Made by a program: the position numbers and the translations under genes. A stretch of DNA of 64,000 bases from a virus, in the IMG/VR virus record IMGVR_UViG_3300036861_000805, positions 22,758 to 86,757 of that record. One strand, written 5' to 3'. The notes under the pieces are model-generated. The model had not been told where the DNA came from. It saw nothing but the letters and a program-made list of their open reading frames with translations, and ran no database searches. Below are positions 36,672 to 46,195 of this stretch, piece by piece (within the stretch, counting starts at the first letter, position 1; every line of letters begins with the position of its first letter).

Positions 36672-37571
36672 CTACTGGAGGCTCCAGTCGATGAGGACGC
36701 CGACCTGGAGAGCGGTGTCCCAGTCATAGACGACGAAACGCTCGGGATAGACCGTGACCAGGTTGATCGAGCGATCGAGAGACTCACCGATGGTGACCCT
36801 CGGCCCGTCCCCAATCCTGACCTCGAGCGGCCCTGTCGCGAAGACCCAATCCTTCGTGTCATCCGGCCCGGGCAGGCCTCCACCACCGAGGGGATGAACT
36901 CCGATATATCCGGATCCCGAGACGACGGGGGTCCCGTTACGTGTGCGGATCCCGGCTTCCGGCGTCTCCTCGTTGATATCCGAGTTGTCGTTCAGAAGCT
37001 CGGAGCCGAACCCCCAAGCTGCGACGACAGCGGGGGTCGCATGGATCATGAACTCTCGCCCTGTGCGGCTGGCGCCTGCGTTCTCGAGATAGCCGAGACC
37101 GACTGCCGGACTGACTGCTGCGCCCGCCAGCGCAACGAAATTCGTGTCTCCGAGAAAACGGTTATTCGACTGCGCGACGCCTCCTGCGATCGCAGCCTCG
37201 ACACCGTGTGAAAGTGTGGCGTTGAGAGCCAACCGCGCGCGCTCGATGAAGGACTCGTCGCGTGCGTCGAAGCTCGAGCACTCGAGCGGGAAGTAGATCG
37301 CGATCGGATCGAAGCGATCTCCCGGCTGAGGATCCTCGTCCGCCGCGGTCTCCTTGGTGCGAAACGTTCCTACGGAACAGGGTTCCCAGTCGAAGGGCGT
37401 CCCGGCGGGATAGCCATAGACATTGACCCCCGCCATCCACCGGGGCTCGCCCTCGTCCTCTCCTACTTCTTCGACGACGACCCCGGGTGTCTTTAACAGG
37501 CTGTACCGACGAGCAACGGGAAGGGGGCCGTTGATGGCCTGAGCTTCCCCTACTCCGGTCAACGTTGCCAT
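36672..37571 (-). CDS. Minor capsid / capsid pentamer-like protein
   Basis: W..G......C, F.P...Y....CS, G...LE, IHA, T..GTPVV.G.GY, W..ATG. Confidence 0.65.
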   Translation of the reverse strand: MATLTGVGEAQAINGPLPVARRYSLLKTPGVVVEEVGEDEGEPRWMAGVNVYGYPAGTPFDWEPCSVGTFRTKETAADEDPQPGDRFDPIAIYFPLECSSFDARDESFIERARLALNATLSHGVEAAIAGGVAQSNNRFLGDTNFVALAGAAVSPAVGLGYLENAGASRTGREFMIHATPAVVAAWGFGSELLNDNSDINEETPEAGIRTRNGTPVVSGSGYIGVHPLGGGGLPGPDDTKDWVFATGPLEVRIGDGPRVTIGESLDRSINLVTVYPERFVVYDWDTALQVGVLIDWSLQ

Positions 37572-37598
37572 CTTGCGGCCCCCTTACTCGTCGATTCA

Positions 37599-38267
37599 CT
37601 AGCTCCCCGGCGTGACGGCGCCGGTAGCGCAGTCAGCTGCGGGGATGGTGTCGGCCGTCTTCCAGTACGCGCCTTCCATCCCGACGTCGGAGCCGTCCGG
37701 CGGACCATCGCCGTACGGGCCCCCACCCCAGAGATCGTTGGAACGCGAGAAGCCGGTCAGCACCGGATTCATGTAGTCCTCCTCGGCCGTGTTGTCCGAC
37801 CACTGCCAGACCGACGCAGGGAAGACCCAGTGGATGTATGGCAGGGACGAGTCCTTCTTCGATCCGAAGAGGTGCTGCGTCCAGATCTCGACCGCGACCA
37901 TCTGCGCCTGCTCGTCACAGTCGAGGGCCGTCGGGAAGTGCTGTCCGACGACTCCATTGCCTTCGGTGGGATCCGTGATGCTCGTCCCGCCCACCATGAG
38001 AACCGTCAGCTCAGGCTCGACGGCCCCGTCGGTGAAGGTGAACTCCCACCAGTTGAAGATGTCCTCCGACTTGAATCGAGACAGGGAACAGCCACAGCCG
38101 TTGCGCTGGCTGAAGGTCGCCCCGGTATCGATGTTCGGAGAGAAGGCAAACGAGATCTGCTTGTCCGTGACATACGTGTTGTCGCCTGCGGCGACGTTTC
38201 CGAGATCGTCGAGCAGAGTGACTCTCAGACCACACAGCCCGAAGCTCGGCCCACAGCGGATCGCCAT
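37599..38267 (-). CDS. Major tail protein
   Basis: RVT.LD..G...N.CG.., A.E.WT, Y.HW.FP, WG.GPY; AAGGAGG SD. Confidence 0.75.
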   Translation of the reverse strand: MAIRCGPSFGLCGLRVTLLDDLGNVAAGDNTYVTDKQISFAFSPNIDTGATFSQRNGCGCSLSRFKSEDIFNWWEFTFTDGAVEPELTVLMVGGTSITDPTEGNGVVGQHFPTALDCDEQAQMVAVEIWTQHLFGSKKDSSLPYIHWVFPASVWQWSDNTAEEDYMNPVLTGFSRSNDLWGGGPYGDGPPDGSDVGMEGAYWKTADTIPAADCATGAVTPGS

Positions 38268-38371
38268 TTAGAGCACCTCCTTGTTGTGCATGGCGGTCGC
38301 GAGGAGAACGGGAGAGCCGCTTGCCTTTATGGCTTTCATCGCGTCTCTCCCGTCCTTCGTTCCTCGAGTCC

Positions 38372-40219
38372 CTATGCGCACGTCGGCGCGGTCCCCAGTG
38401 CCGGGTACACGCCGTTCGGGCAAATGTCCTGAGTGATCCAGAGAGCGGCCTGTGCTGGGCCGATGCGAGCCACGTTCTCGAAGGACTCCCCAAACAGCTG
38501 GAAGTCGTTCGTCGAGTTGAGCGTCGAATCACGGACGAGGCCGAGCTCGAGCACGCCCATGTCGAGGTGGATGAACTCGCCCTCCGGGAAGAGCGGGTAC
38601 TGCACCTCGGCCGGAAAGAGCTCCAGCGGGCCCACGGCCTGCGTGGCCCCGAACGTGTCCGCACCCGTGACGTCGTCGAGCGAGTACGAGATGCGGATGC
38701 CATACTGAGCGAGCTTGGCGGTCAGAGCCGCGCGTGCGCGGTCTGCCGTGTCGAGCTGCTTCAGTGCGTCGTCGGCAGCCAGGATGTCGCCGATCCAGGA
38801 CGGCATGATCGTCCGGAAGACGACGTTGTCGTCCATCCGGAGACGTCGCTTGATGCCCGCCGTCGCCGCGGTGATGGCGTACACGAGGCTCGCGAACGCG
38901 TTCATCGTGGCTCCGACGGCTGCCTGCGTGACCTGCACCGACTGCGTCTTGATCCCGTCGAGCAGGAAGGTGTCCGCCGTTCGTGCCCAGGCGGCCATCG
39001 TCAGATCGTTCTCGTGCGCGATCCGCTCCGGCCACGCCCGGGCGTTCAGATTGCCGTACTCACGGCAGTGGCTGATCACGACAACGGAGGTCTCGACGTA
39101 ATCGACGCAGTCGAGGTCCTGGCAGGACTTCGTCGCGAAGGTCCCGCCGAGGGCATCCTCGTCCGCCGTGATCTGCGAGATCGCCGTGGTGATGTCACCG
39201 ATCGTGGGCGACTCGGGAACGTTCACGCCGCCGCGATCCGCCTGGAAGGACGCGAGTGCTTCCCGCACCGGCCGCGCCTGCGAGGCGAAATTGACGAGCG
39301 TGTAGATGTTCTCGAGCGGTGCACAGAGACCACCGGACGCGATCATCCCCATGAGACCCGGAATGCCCGCCGGAATCACCGAGCGGATCTTGCGAGCATT
39401 CGCATCCGGATCGCCCGGGAACAGTCTTCGCTCCTCGGGGAAGGGGAAGTTCGCCGACGCGACGAGGAAGCGCTGCTCGATCCCCGCCTCATGCTTGGTC
39501 TGCGGCCCGAGTGAGCGAGCCACCGTCTTGATGGCCTCGGCGAGGCCCATCCGGTCGAGCATGGTCCCTCCGCGGACACCGGCCTGGCCGGCGACTGCGA
39601 TCAGGCCCGCACCCGTGGATTCGCCACGGCGCTCGGCAGAGGGAGCGGGCGGGCGACGAAGCGGCGTACGCTTCGGCGACCGTGGCGTACCGGCCGATGC
39701 CGTTGCGGCCTCCTCTTCCTTCTCCTTCTCCTCTTCCTTCTCCTCGTCTTCCTCGGCCTTGCCTTCGCCCTCGGCAGCGAGCGACTCAGAACCCTCCTCG
39801 GAGCTCTCTCCCTCGCCCTCAGACGCCTCGGCTTCGGCTCCGGCCTCTTCGCCTTCGCCGGCACCTTCCTCTTCGCCTTCGCCGCCGGCATCCTCTTCGC
39901 CGCCCTCAGCCGCTTCGTCCTCCTCGACTGCAAGCGCCTGGGCCGCGCGCTCGGCGAGCTCGTTCTTGCGATCGACGTATTCCTGCGCGAGATCGTCGCG
40001 GCGCTTCTGCTCCGCCTTGATCGCCTCGATCTGCCCAATCCCACGCTCCATCTCGGCGAGCTCCTCGTCAGGGGAGACGCCCTTCAGGAACTCCTCGTTG
40101 CCTTCGTTGATCGCCTCGAGGGCGACCTCGTGCTCCTTCAGTAGAGCTTCCAGCCTCTCGTCGGTGACGTTCTCGACATCCGACAAGTCCTCAGGAAGCT
40201 CGGGGAACAGTGGGTCCAT
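38372..40219 (-). CDS. Major capsid (hexamer-like) protein with acidic N-terminal scaffold
   Basis: ASGGLCAP...RPVR.AL..F.A.RGG; L.LG.VRDSTL..TND...F.E.FE. Confidence 0.85.
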   Translation of the reverse strand: MDPLFPELPEDLSDVENVTDERLEALLKEHEVALEAINEGNEEFLKGVSPDEELAEMERGIGQIEAIKAEQKRRDDLAQEYVDRKNELAERAAQALAVEEDEAAEGGEEDAGGEGEEEGAGEGEEAGAEAEASEGEGESSEEGSESLAAEGEGKAEEDEEKEEEKEKEEEAATASAGTPRSPKRTPLRRPPAPSAERRGESTGAGLIAVAGQAGVRGGTMLDRMGLAEAIKTVARSLGPQTKHEAGIEQRFLVASANFPFPEERRLFPGDPDANARKIRSVIPAGIPGLMGMIASGGLCAPLENIYTLVNFASQARPVREALASFQADRGGVNVPESPTIGDITTAISQITADEDALGGTFATKSCQDLDCVDYVETSVVVISHCREYGNLNARAWPERIAHENDLTMAAWARTADTFLLDGIKTQSVQVTQAAVGATMNAFASLVYAITAATAGIKRRLRMDDNVVFRTIMPSWIGDILAADDALKQLDTADRARAALTAKLAQYGIRISYSLDDVTGADTFGATQAVGPLELFPAEVQYPLFPEGEFIHLDMGVLELGLVRDSTLNSTNDFQLFGESFENVARIGPAQAALWITQDICPNGVYPALGTAPTCA

Positions 40220-40310
40220 TTCGGTCTCCTTCGACTCGAACTAATGAGCGTCGGAGTCCTAAGGACCCAACTGACACGAGAGGTCTAAGCCGTCTCAGCG
40301 CTTGCGCAGC

Positions 40311-40343
40311 AGATTAGACCACCCAGCGGATGTGCGCTAGTAT
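40311..40343. promoter_or_regulatory. Overlapping divergent promoters
   Basis: + strand TAGACC-N17-TAGTAT; - strand TAGCGC-N17-TAATCT. Confidence 0.45.
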
Positions 40344-40446
40344 CGGTGCCGATACGAGAGCTGCCGAGCTCCCTCCGTCCCTCGACTTCGATAGCCGAAC
40401 CGCCGAGTTCGAGCAGCCCACTCAGACGACATAGGAGGTAAAACCG

Positions 40447-40908
40447 GTGAGCACTCACACGCTCGACGCGAGCGGATCGCGTCCCCTCACTACCATGATC
40501 AACGACCCGGCGAGAACGGCGGCGACCGTCGGCGCGAAGCTCGGAGACGACGTCGTCGCGACGCTCGGCAACTTCGCCTACGTCGAAATTCCGATCCCGA
40601 CGACTCCCGGCGCGTGCGAGATCGTCGTCCGCCAGCGCGTCGAGAAGCAGATGAAGCGTGACGAGAAAGGCGACCCGGTCCGCGACGCGGACAAGAACGT
40701 CGTCTATGAGGAGGTCGAGGTCGAGAGCCGGACGCTTCGGCTTCGCGCATTCACCTACGTCATCGGCCGCACCGAGAGCGAGACGCCGCACTCGACCTTC
40801 CGTGTCGTCAACCTCGACAAGGATCCCAACCCTCCGATGGCGCTCTGGGGCGACGTCGTCGCCGAGGCGAAGATCGACCTCGGCTACGGGACGGAGCCGA
40901 CGCCGTGA
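40447..40908 (+). CDS. Hypothetical protein antisense to the head operon
   Basis: AGGAGGT SD; very strong GC3 codon bias. Confidence 0.75.
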   Translation: MSTHTLDASGSRPLTTMINDPARTAATVGAKLGDDVVATLGNFAYVEIPIPTTPGACEIVVRQRVEKQMKRDEKGDPVRDADKNVVYEEVEVESRTLRLRAFTYVIGRTESETPHSTFRVVNLDKDPNPPMALWGDVVAEAKIDLGYGTEPTP

Positions 40909-41126
40909 GCGAGGAGACCGTCATCGGGGGCCCGCTCGACTCTCGCGGAAGCAAGGCTCACGGAGGATCGCTCTACCTGGACGGATGCGACGTCGATCTC
41001 TCGCGCGAGGCGCTTGTCCTCGACGTCCGCATCTCGAAGGTCGACTCCAGCAAGCTGGAGACGATCGTCGTCACGATCAAGGGAGTCGAGGTCGCGAGTC
41101 TCCCGGCGACTTTCGTCTTAGTCTGA
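40905..41126 (+). CDS. Hypothetical protein
   Basis: GTGA overlap; strong codon bias. Confidence 0.65.
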   Translation: MSEETVIGGPLDSRGSKAHGGSLYLDGCDVDLSREALVLDVRISKVDSSKLETIVVTIKGVEVASLPATFVLV

Positions 41127-41702
41127 CCAGTCGAGCTCAAGCGGATTGCGCTCGCCGATGAAATTGAGCGCACAGCGCCCGCGGTCTTTCCCCCAGAGCG
41201 CGTTCTGACGTCCCTTCACCGATTCGACGGTGTCCGGATGCTCGACGAGAGAGGGAAGCGCGACCCACACTGTCTCTTTCTTGCGGCGGATCCAGTCGCC
41301 CAGACAGGCGTCGTCGGAAGCCACTCGGTCGGGGTAACCGGGGAGTTTCACGCCGCTCTGGGCCCAGGAGAGAAACCTGCGAGCTGCCTCGACAGGCCAG
41401 AGCACCGCTACGACGGAGCAAAACTTCGCGGGCCGGTGACGGAAGTAGCGATCTCCGCGGATCATGGCCTCACGAGCGTCCTTCGCGACCGCGGGAGGAA
41501 GCCAAGAGAGGAAGAGAACGACAGGCTCGTCCTGCTTCGCAGCCGCGATGCGCAACAAAGTGCGCGAAAAGTTGCGGCAGACGATGGTGTCCTCCTGGAT
41601 CACCAACACGTGCGTCGGATTCTCCGGAGCATCGAGCCCGGAGAGCAGCGCGCGCTGATAGCCCTCCCATGGATTCGGGGGATCCGAGGAATGGACACTC
41701 AC
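41118..41702 (-). CDS. GT-A glycosyltransferase, actinophage type
   Basis: HVLVIQED...; DD...W; PSLVEH.D..S. Confidence 0.7.
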   Translation of the reverse strand: MSVHSSDPPNPWEGYQRALLSGLDAPENPTHVLVIQEDTIVCRNFSRTLLRIAAAKQDEPVVLFLSWLPPAVAKDAREAMIRGDRYFRHRPAKFCSVVAVLWPVEAARRFLSWAQSGVKLPGYPDRVASDDACLGDWIRRKKETVWVALPSLVEHPDTVESVKGRQNALWGKDRGRCALNFIGERNPLELDWSD

Positions 41703-41782
41703 TTCGACTGCGAGCGGCTCAAGGCTCTCAAGTAGCGCGGGCCAGAGATGGGAGCGCGCAGGATGCGCCTGGATGCGAGCTA

Positions 41783-43612
41783 CTACTTGCAGCCGAGTGC
41801 GTTCGCCCGCTTGGCGATGTGGCGACGAACAGCGGCCCGCCTGGCGGGTGGTGTCCGCCCGATCGCGCGCCGCGCGTTGTTGACATCCTCGCAGTCGGCG
41901 ATGGGATAGGAGCCGTCGGGCATCGCGGTCCCGGACTTCGCCATTCGCTTGCGCGTCTCCTGCGGGTACTCCTTGAGATCTGAGTACCAGGCCTTGTGCG
42001 AGACATCCTTCGCGATGACCATCTCGCGACGCATCCTCGCTCGCGATGAGGGACGATGGCCGAGTGCTGCGGCCGCGCGTTCGACGAGCATCGTGCGCTG
42101 GCGGAAGCGGCGCTTCGCGCCGAGCTCGTGATCGATGACGAGCGGGGCGGAGATGATTCCGCTGATGAGCCCGTCAGCCGAGGCGACAAGAGCGCGCTGG
42201 ATCGGGAAGCCGGGAACGGGAACCGCGAACGCAGCGAGCAGATCGTTCTGTCCCTTGATCGGGCGCCAGTCGCCGGAGGGCGGATGCGTGCGCAGGTGCT
42301 GGATCTCGAGATCGTTGAGATCTGAGCGCAGGGCTCCTGCAAGCCAAGTGCCGAACTTGTCCTCCCCGGCGCGCACAAACGCGCCCACACAGGTCGCGTT
42401 GTCGTAGTGGGCCCGAACCTCCTCGGCCGTGATCTCCCGATTCAGAGGAGCATGCCCAACGCCGTCGCGCGAGAACATGAGCTTGCCGTGAGGCATGAGG
42501 GAGCCGTCATCGCACTCGATCTCCCCCACGTTGAAGTTGGCGTAGTTCGATGGCGAGCGAAATGGAGGCATGCAGATCCCCTGGAAGCCGACATGGCAGC
42601 CATCCCAATCGCAGAGATGGCCGAAGACGCGGCCTTCCTTCGTGATCTGCAGCGGCGTGAGCTCCGTCAGATGCGGGTTCTCGAACCACAGACGCGGAGG
42701 CTTGAGCGGGCCTCCCGTAGCGACGAGTCCGAGGGATCGCTTCTCTTCGGGAGTGAGGATGCGAAGGCTTCCGCTGGCGGTTACGATGACGCGAGCCTCC
42801 TCAAAGGCCCCGATGCCGACTACCGTGACGCCGCCGATCTTGCCGACGACGCCGTTCAGATATTCACCCTCCATGCTGCTCATCATTACGTCGCCGAGGT
42901 CCATCTCTGAGATGTCGATCTCCTCGAAGCTGGTCGGGTCGTAGAACTTGCCGTTGTAGCGAAGACCGTCAAGCGAGACATCCGCGCCGTTCTGGATCTG
43001 ACGTAACGCCTCTTCTCCCCACTCTGAATCGTCGATGCTGCCGACACCCCAGATGACGACGGCGTCCGCGGGGATTTTCTCGAGTTGATCCTCCGCGTAG
43101 AACTCTTCCTTGCGCTCGAAGTCATCCCAGGGGATGTACTCGATCTCCTCGATGCTTCCCGCGTTGCGCGCGCCCTTGTGGGCCTCGTCCAGAGCAGGCT
43201 GCACATTGAAGTGAACGGGCAGATCTCGATTCGTGATCTCGCCGGGAACGAGATAGCGGCCATCGCTCGTTGGCGAGCCGATGGTGCCGAGCACGCCCTC
43301 CCAAGGTTTACGCTCTGCAACGGCCTCGGTCTCAGGTACGGCTTCGGCAAGCGCGCTCATGGCGGGCATGTTGCCACTCTCATCGGCCGGAGTCGAGGGG
43401 AAAAGGTGTCCGACAACCTCTCCATCTTCCGCACAGATCGCATTCTCAAGGCCGAGGACAGTGCCATCCTCAAGCGATTCAGGAGCGTTCCTATAGAGAG
43501 CGCGCTGCTGACGAATCGCTTTCGCGCGCGAGGAATGACAGCCGTGCGTCCTACCGGACGTCGTGGACTTGACGCACCACTGGCTACCCCTCCGCTCCAA
43601 GATGTACGGCAC
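41783..43612 (-). CDS. Capsid maturation protease-like multidomain protein
   Basis: DGR...R.LP...H, V...AF..A, GRVFGHL..W..CH, V.AGED..G.W.AG, SGDWR; N-term GCH...A..Q..ALY; C-term A.PDGSYPI. Confidence 0.8.
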   Translation of the reverse strand: MPYILERRGSQWCVKSTTSGRTHGCHSSRAKAIRQQRALYRNAPESLEDGTVLGLENAICAEDGEVVGHLFPSTPADESGNMPAMSALAEAVPETEAVAERKPWEGVLGTIGSPTSDGRYLVPGEITNRDLPVHFNVQPALDEAHKGARNAGSIEEIEYIPWDDFERKEEFYAEDQLEKIPADAVVIWGVGSIDDSEWGEEALRQIQNGADVSLDGLRYNGKFYDPTSFEEIDISEMDLGDVMMSSMEGEYLNGVVGKIGGVTVVGIGAFEEARVIVTASGSLRILTPEEKRSLGLVATGGPLKPPRLWFENPHLTELTPLQITKEGRVFGHLCDWDGCHVGFQGICMPPFRSPSNYANFNVGEIECDDGSLMPHGKLMFSRDGVGHAPLNREITAEEVRAHYDNATCVGAFVRAGEDKFGTWLAGALRSDLNDLEIQHLRTHPPSGDWRPIKGQNDLLAAFAVPVPGFPIQRALVASADGLISGIISAPLVIDHELGAKRRFRQRTMLVERAAAALGHRPSSRARMRREMVIAKDVSHKAWYSDLKEYPQETRKRMAKSGTAMPDGSYPIADCEDVNNARRAIGRTPPARRAAVRRHIAKRANALGCK

Positions 43613-45518
43613 GCGGTCCACCTCTTTCTGCGATCTGGCGCTCGACCTCAGCGAGCGCCTCGTTGTTTCGCTCGACGAGTGCCTTCTCAGAGAGCATGCT
43701 CGAAGTGTCCTGCATTCGCTCGACCTGCGCGAGGAAACCCGAGGGCAGTGTCGGACCGCGCTTGTCGAAGAGCGTGCGCGCGGCATGCACGAGGAGCATC
43801 TCGGAGAGCGCCTGCGCCTGCGCGTTCGTGAAACCCCATTCGTCGGTGAGGTAGATCACGAAGGGATCCGCACCGCCTTTCACAAGCTCAAGCCCATCGA
43901 AGTTCCCGAGTTGCTGGAGTCGCTGCTGTCCGAGCGCCGGAGCGATCTCGGCATTGGACTTTCCCTTGAACTCCTCCAGGAATGCCTTCAACTCAGGAGC
44001 ACGTCGGTGAGTCGTGCAGATACGGGAGCCCGCGAGCTCGCGGCAGCGATAGAGCGCCGTCCAAGCAGCACCCTGAATCGCCGAGGCGCGTGACTCGCGC
44101 CGCGATGTTCCTCCGGGACCCGGCTCCGGGGGCGTCTCTTCCGCAGGAGGTTTCCCGTCGCTCGACGGATCCGGCCCGGGTGGCTGGTCCGCCGGCTCTT
44201 CCTGCTCCAGTTCCCATTTCGTTCCCTTCAGGAACCCCGGCTCCTTGAGCTTGACCGCGAGATAGACCCGGAACTCTTCCTCGTTCGGCGCCATCGACTC
44301 CGGGATGCCCTTCATCTTGCGATATCCCTCGTCGTTCACGTTTCCGCGATCAAGGGCCTTATCGGCATCGTCGGTGCGATCCGGCGGAACGACGACATTG
44401 GAGTCGTCGTACCCGATGACGACCTCCCGCCAGCGGGAGAACTCCGCATCCCGCAAGGCGGGACGCAGGTATGCGTCCGCGAAATCGTCGCCGGCCTGCT
44501 CGGCGATGACAGAGCCGTGGGAACGCCACGTGTCGTGAAGGATCTGACGGGCGCCCCAATGATTCGCTTCAGCCATCCCCTTCAGAATCTCCGGCGGCAT
44601 GTCCAAGCCCATTGCCGCCCGGTCGATCGCTTCCTTGCGCAAGCCCTGCTCGAGGTAGTCGTTCTGTGGATCGTGCAGCTGCGACCATTCGAGGCGATCC
44701 AGAAACTCATATGCGCCCTCCGCAAGAAAGCCCATCGCAGCTTCGGGCGAGCCAGCGTTCTCCACCACCGAGATCATGTGGTCGAACATCATCGCGAGAA
44801 AGGGGTTCTCCTCCGGATCCTCGTCCAGGCCCGGAGTGTCCGCGCCGAAAGAGAGCTCGCTCGGCACCTTATACATCCCGTTTAGGAGACGGGAGACTGC
44901 GGTCGACTTCACCGATTTCGTCAGCAGATCCAGCTCCTCGGCGATCTCGATGACCGCGCGCATCGGCGACTCAGCTTCACCCGAACGCTGCGGATCCGGT
45001 GTCCACATCCGATAGGCCTGGGCCGAGCCCGCCGAGTAGGTGATCGGCTCTCCCGTCTCGGTCGGGCGATGAAGGATCTTGCCACCGTCGTCGAAGTCGA
45101 GCTCGGCAGGATTGACGATCTTCCAGGCCTCTTGCTCAGTCCCGAGGTCGTAGCCGAAGAGGTAGCACTCCCCGATGATGAACATGAGCCGTCCGTAGCT
45201 CCACAGAATCTGAGAGCGGCCACCTCCCGGATCTTGAATCCGCTCCAGCAGATCGAGGGCCGGACCTTCCGTGATCGGTTCCAGCTCGTCATTCGAGAGT
45301 CGATACGCCGGGAAGATCTTGAGCTTCGAGAGCATCTTCGCGTAGAAGCGAGAGGCGTAGTTCAGCTCCGGGATCAACTTCGTATAGAAGAAGGCTTGCT
45401 TCTGCCAAGACATCTCCCTGCGCTTCTTGATGCCCGATGTCCGTCCCTCTCCGAGTTTGCTGGCTGAGGCGACGAGACCGTGAACAGCAGGCACGTTGCG
45501 TGCAAGCGGAACGGCCAT
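43584..45518 (-). CDS. Portal protein
   Basis: WQ..A...EL.YA; GE.Y; W.P.P....A.SP; R.EAI.R.A.GLD.PPE.L.G...NHW. Confidence 0.85.
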   Translation of the reverse strand: MAVPLARNVPAVHGLVASASKLGEGRTSGIKKRREMSWQKQAFFYTKLIPELNYASRFYAKMLSKLKIFPAYRLSNDELEPITEGPALDLLERIQDPGGGRSQILWSYGRLMFIIGECYLFGYDLGTEQEAWKIVNPAELDFDDGGKILHRPTETGEPITYSAGSAQAYRMWTPDPQRSGEAESPMRAVIEIAEELDLLTKSVKSTAVSRLLNGMYKVPSELSFGADTPGLDEDPEENPFLAMMFDHMISVVENAGSPEAAMGFLAEGAYEFLDRLEWSQLHDPQNDYLEQGLRKEAIDRAAMGLDMPPEILKGMAEANHWGARQILHDTWRSHGSVIAEQAGDDFADAYLRPALRDAEFSRWREVVIGYDDSNVVVPPDRTDDADKALDRGNVNDEGYRKMKGIPESMAPNEEEFRVYLAVKLKEPGFLKGTKWELEQEEPADQPPGPDPSSDGKPPAEETPPEPGPGGTSRRESRASAIQGAAWTALYRCRELAGSRICTTHRRAPELKAFLEEFKGKSNAEIAPALGQQRLQQLGNFDGLELVKGGADPFVIYLTDEWGFTNAQAQALSEMLLVHAARTLFDKRGPTLPSGFLAQVERMQDTSSMLSEKALVERNNEALAEVERQIAERGGPRAVHLGAEG

Positions 45519-45677
45519 TTACTTTTTCGGCTTCATTCTGGCCTGACGGATGGTCTGCAGGCGCTCCCGCCGTGCGGCGATCTGCTCACGGCGAAGACGC
45601 TGGCGCTCCTCACGCGCCTTGATTTGCTCATCATTGAGCTGGGGCGTCGAACGCCCACCACAACCACCACATGGCAT
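45519..45677 (-). CDS. Small protein (MPCGGCGG...) upstream of portal
   Basis: Abuts the portal start; promoter directly upstream. Confidence 0.6.
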   Translation of the reverse strand: MPCGGCGGRSTPQLNDEQIKAREERQRLRREQIAARRERLQTIRQARMKPKK

Positions 45678-45686
45678 GTTCGACCG

Positions 45687-45714
45687 ATTGTAGGAGTCGC
45701 GAGAGGACGGACAA
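45687..45714 (-). promoter_or_regulatory. Promoter for the portal/head operon
   Basis: TTGTCC-N16-TACAAT, 9 nt before ATG; no SD. Confidence 0.55.
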
Positions 45715-45786
45715 GAGCGCCGACGCAACTGTGGAACTGGTCTGGTCCGCAGCTAGCGCCGGCGCTGCGGTCAGTCTAGCCCGACT

Positions 45787-45816
45787 TTGACCATGTGGAA
45801 CAGCCGCTGGTAAAAT
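45787..45816 (+). promoter_or_regulatory. Sigma70 promoter of the + strand glyco-operon
   Basis: TTGACC-N18-TAAAAT with extended -10 TG. Confidence 0.65.
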
Positions 45817-45859
45817 TACCCTGTCTGGTTCGCAATCAACTGTGGAGGCGCGTGGCAAC

Positions 45860-46195
45860 ATGGCAGCGAGGGTGATCGAAGAGAGAGACATCGTCTTGTC
45901 GGCGCACGTCGTCGATCGTTACCGCCAGCGCGTACTTAGCCGCGACGACGAGCGCAAGTTCTCGGAGATCGACTCCGAGATCAGGCAAGTCATTCTCGAA
46001 GGGCTCGCGAAGAGTCCGCTCTTGGATCACAAGCCGAAGGTCTTTCGTATGTATGCCGAGCGCCGCCGACAGCTTCCGTCGAGCGATCGTTTCCTCGAGT
46101 GTGGCCGCATCGGCTTCATCCTGCGCGAGACACCGAGCGGCGCCTGGATCGTTACGACCATGCTGCACCGCACGGGCGGAACCCCTCTGCGGTGA
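45860..46195 (+). CDS. Hypothetical protein (small RNase/RelE-like pattern)
   Basis: LSAHVVDRY.QR ... IVTT. Confidence 0.6.
   Translation: MAARVIEERDIVLSAHVVDRYRQRVLSRDDERKFSEIDSEIRQVILEGLAKSPLLDHKPKVFRMYAERRRQLPSSDRFLECGRIGFILRETPSGAWIVTTMLHRTGGTPLR

Noticed and set aside
27151-40244. Long + strand ORFs opposite the tape measure, capsid and collagen genes
   Set aside because: Antisense shadows typical of high-GC coding DNA; no SD or recognisable motifs
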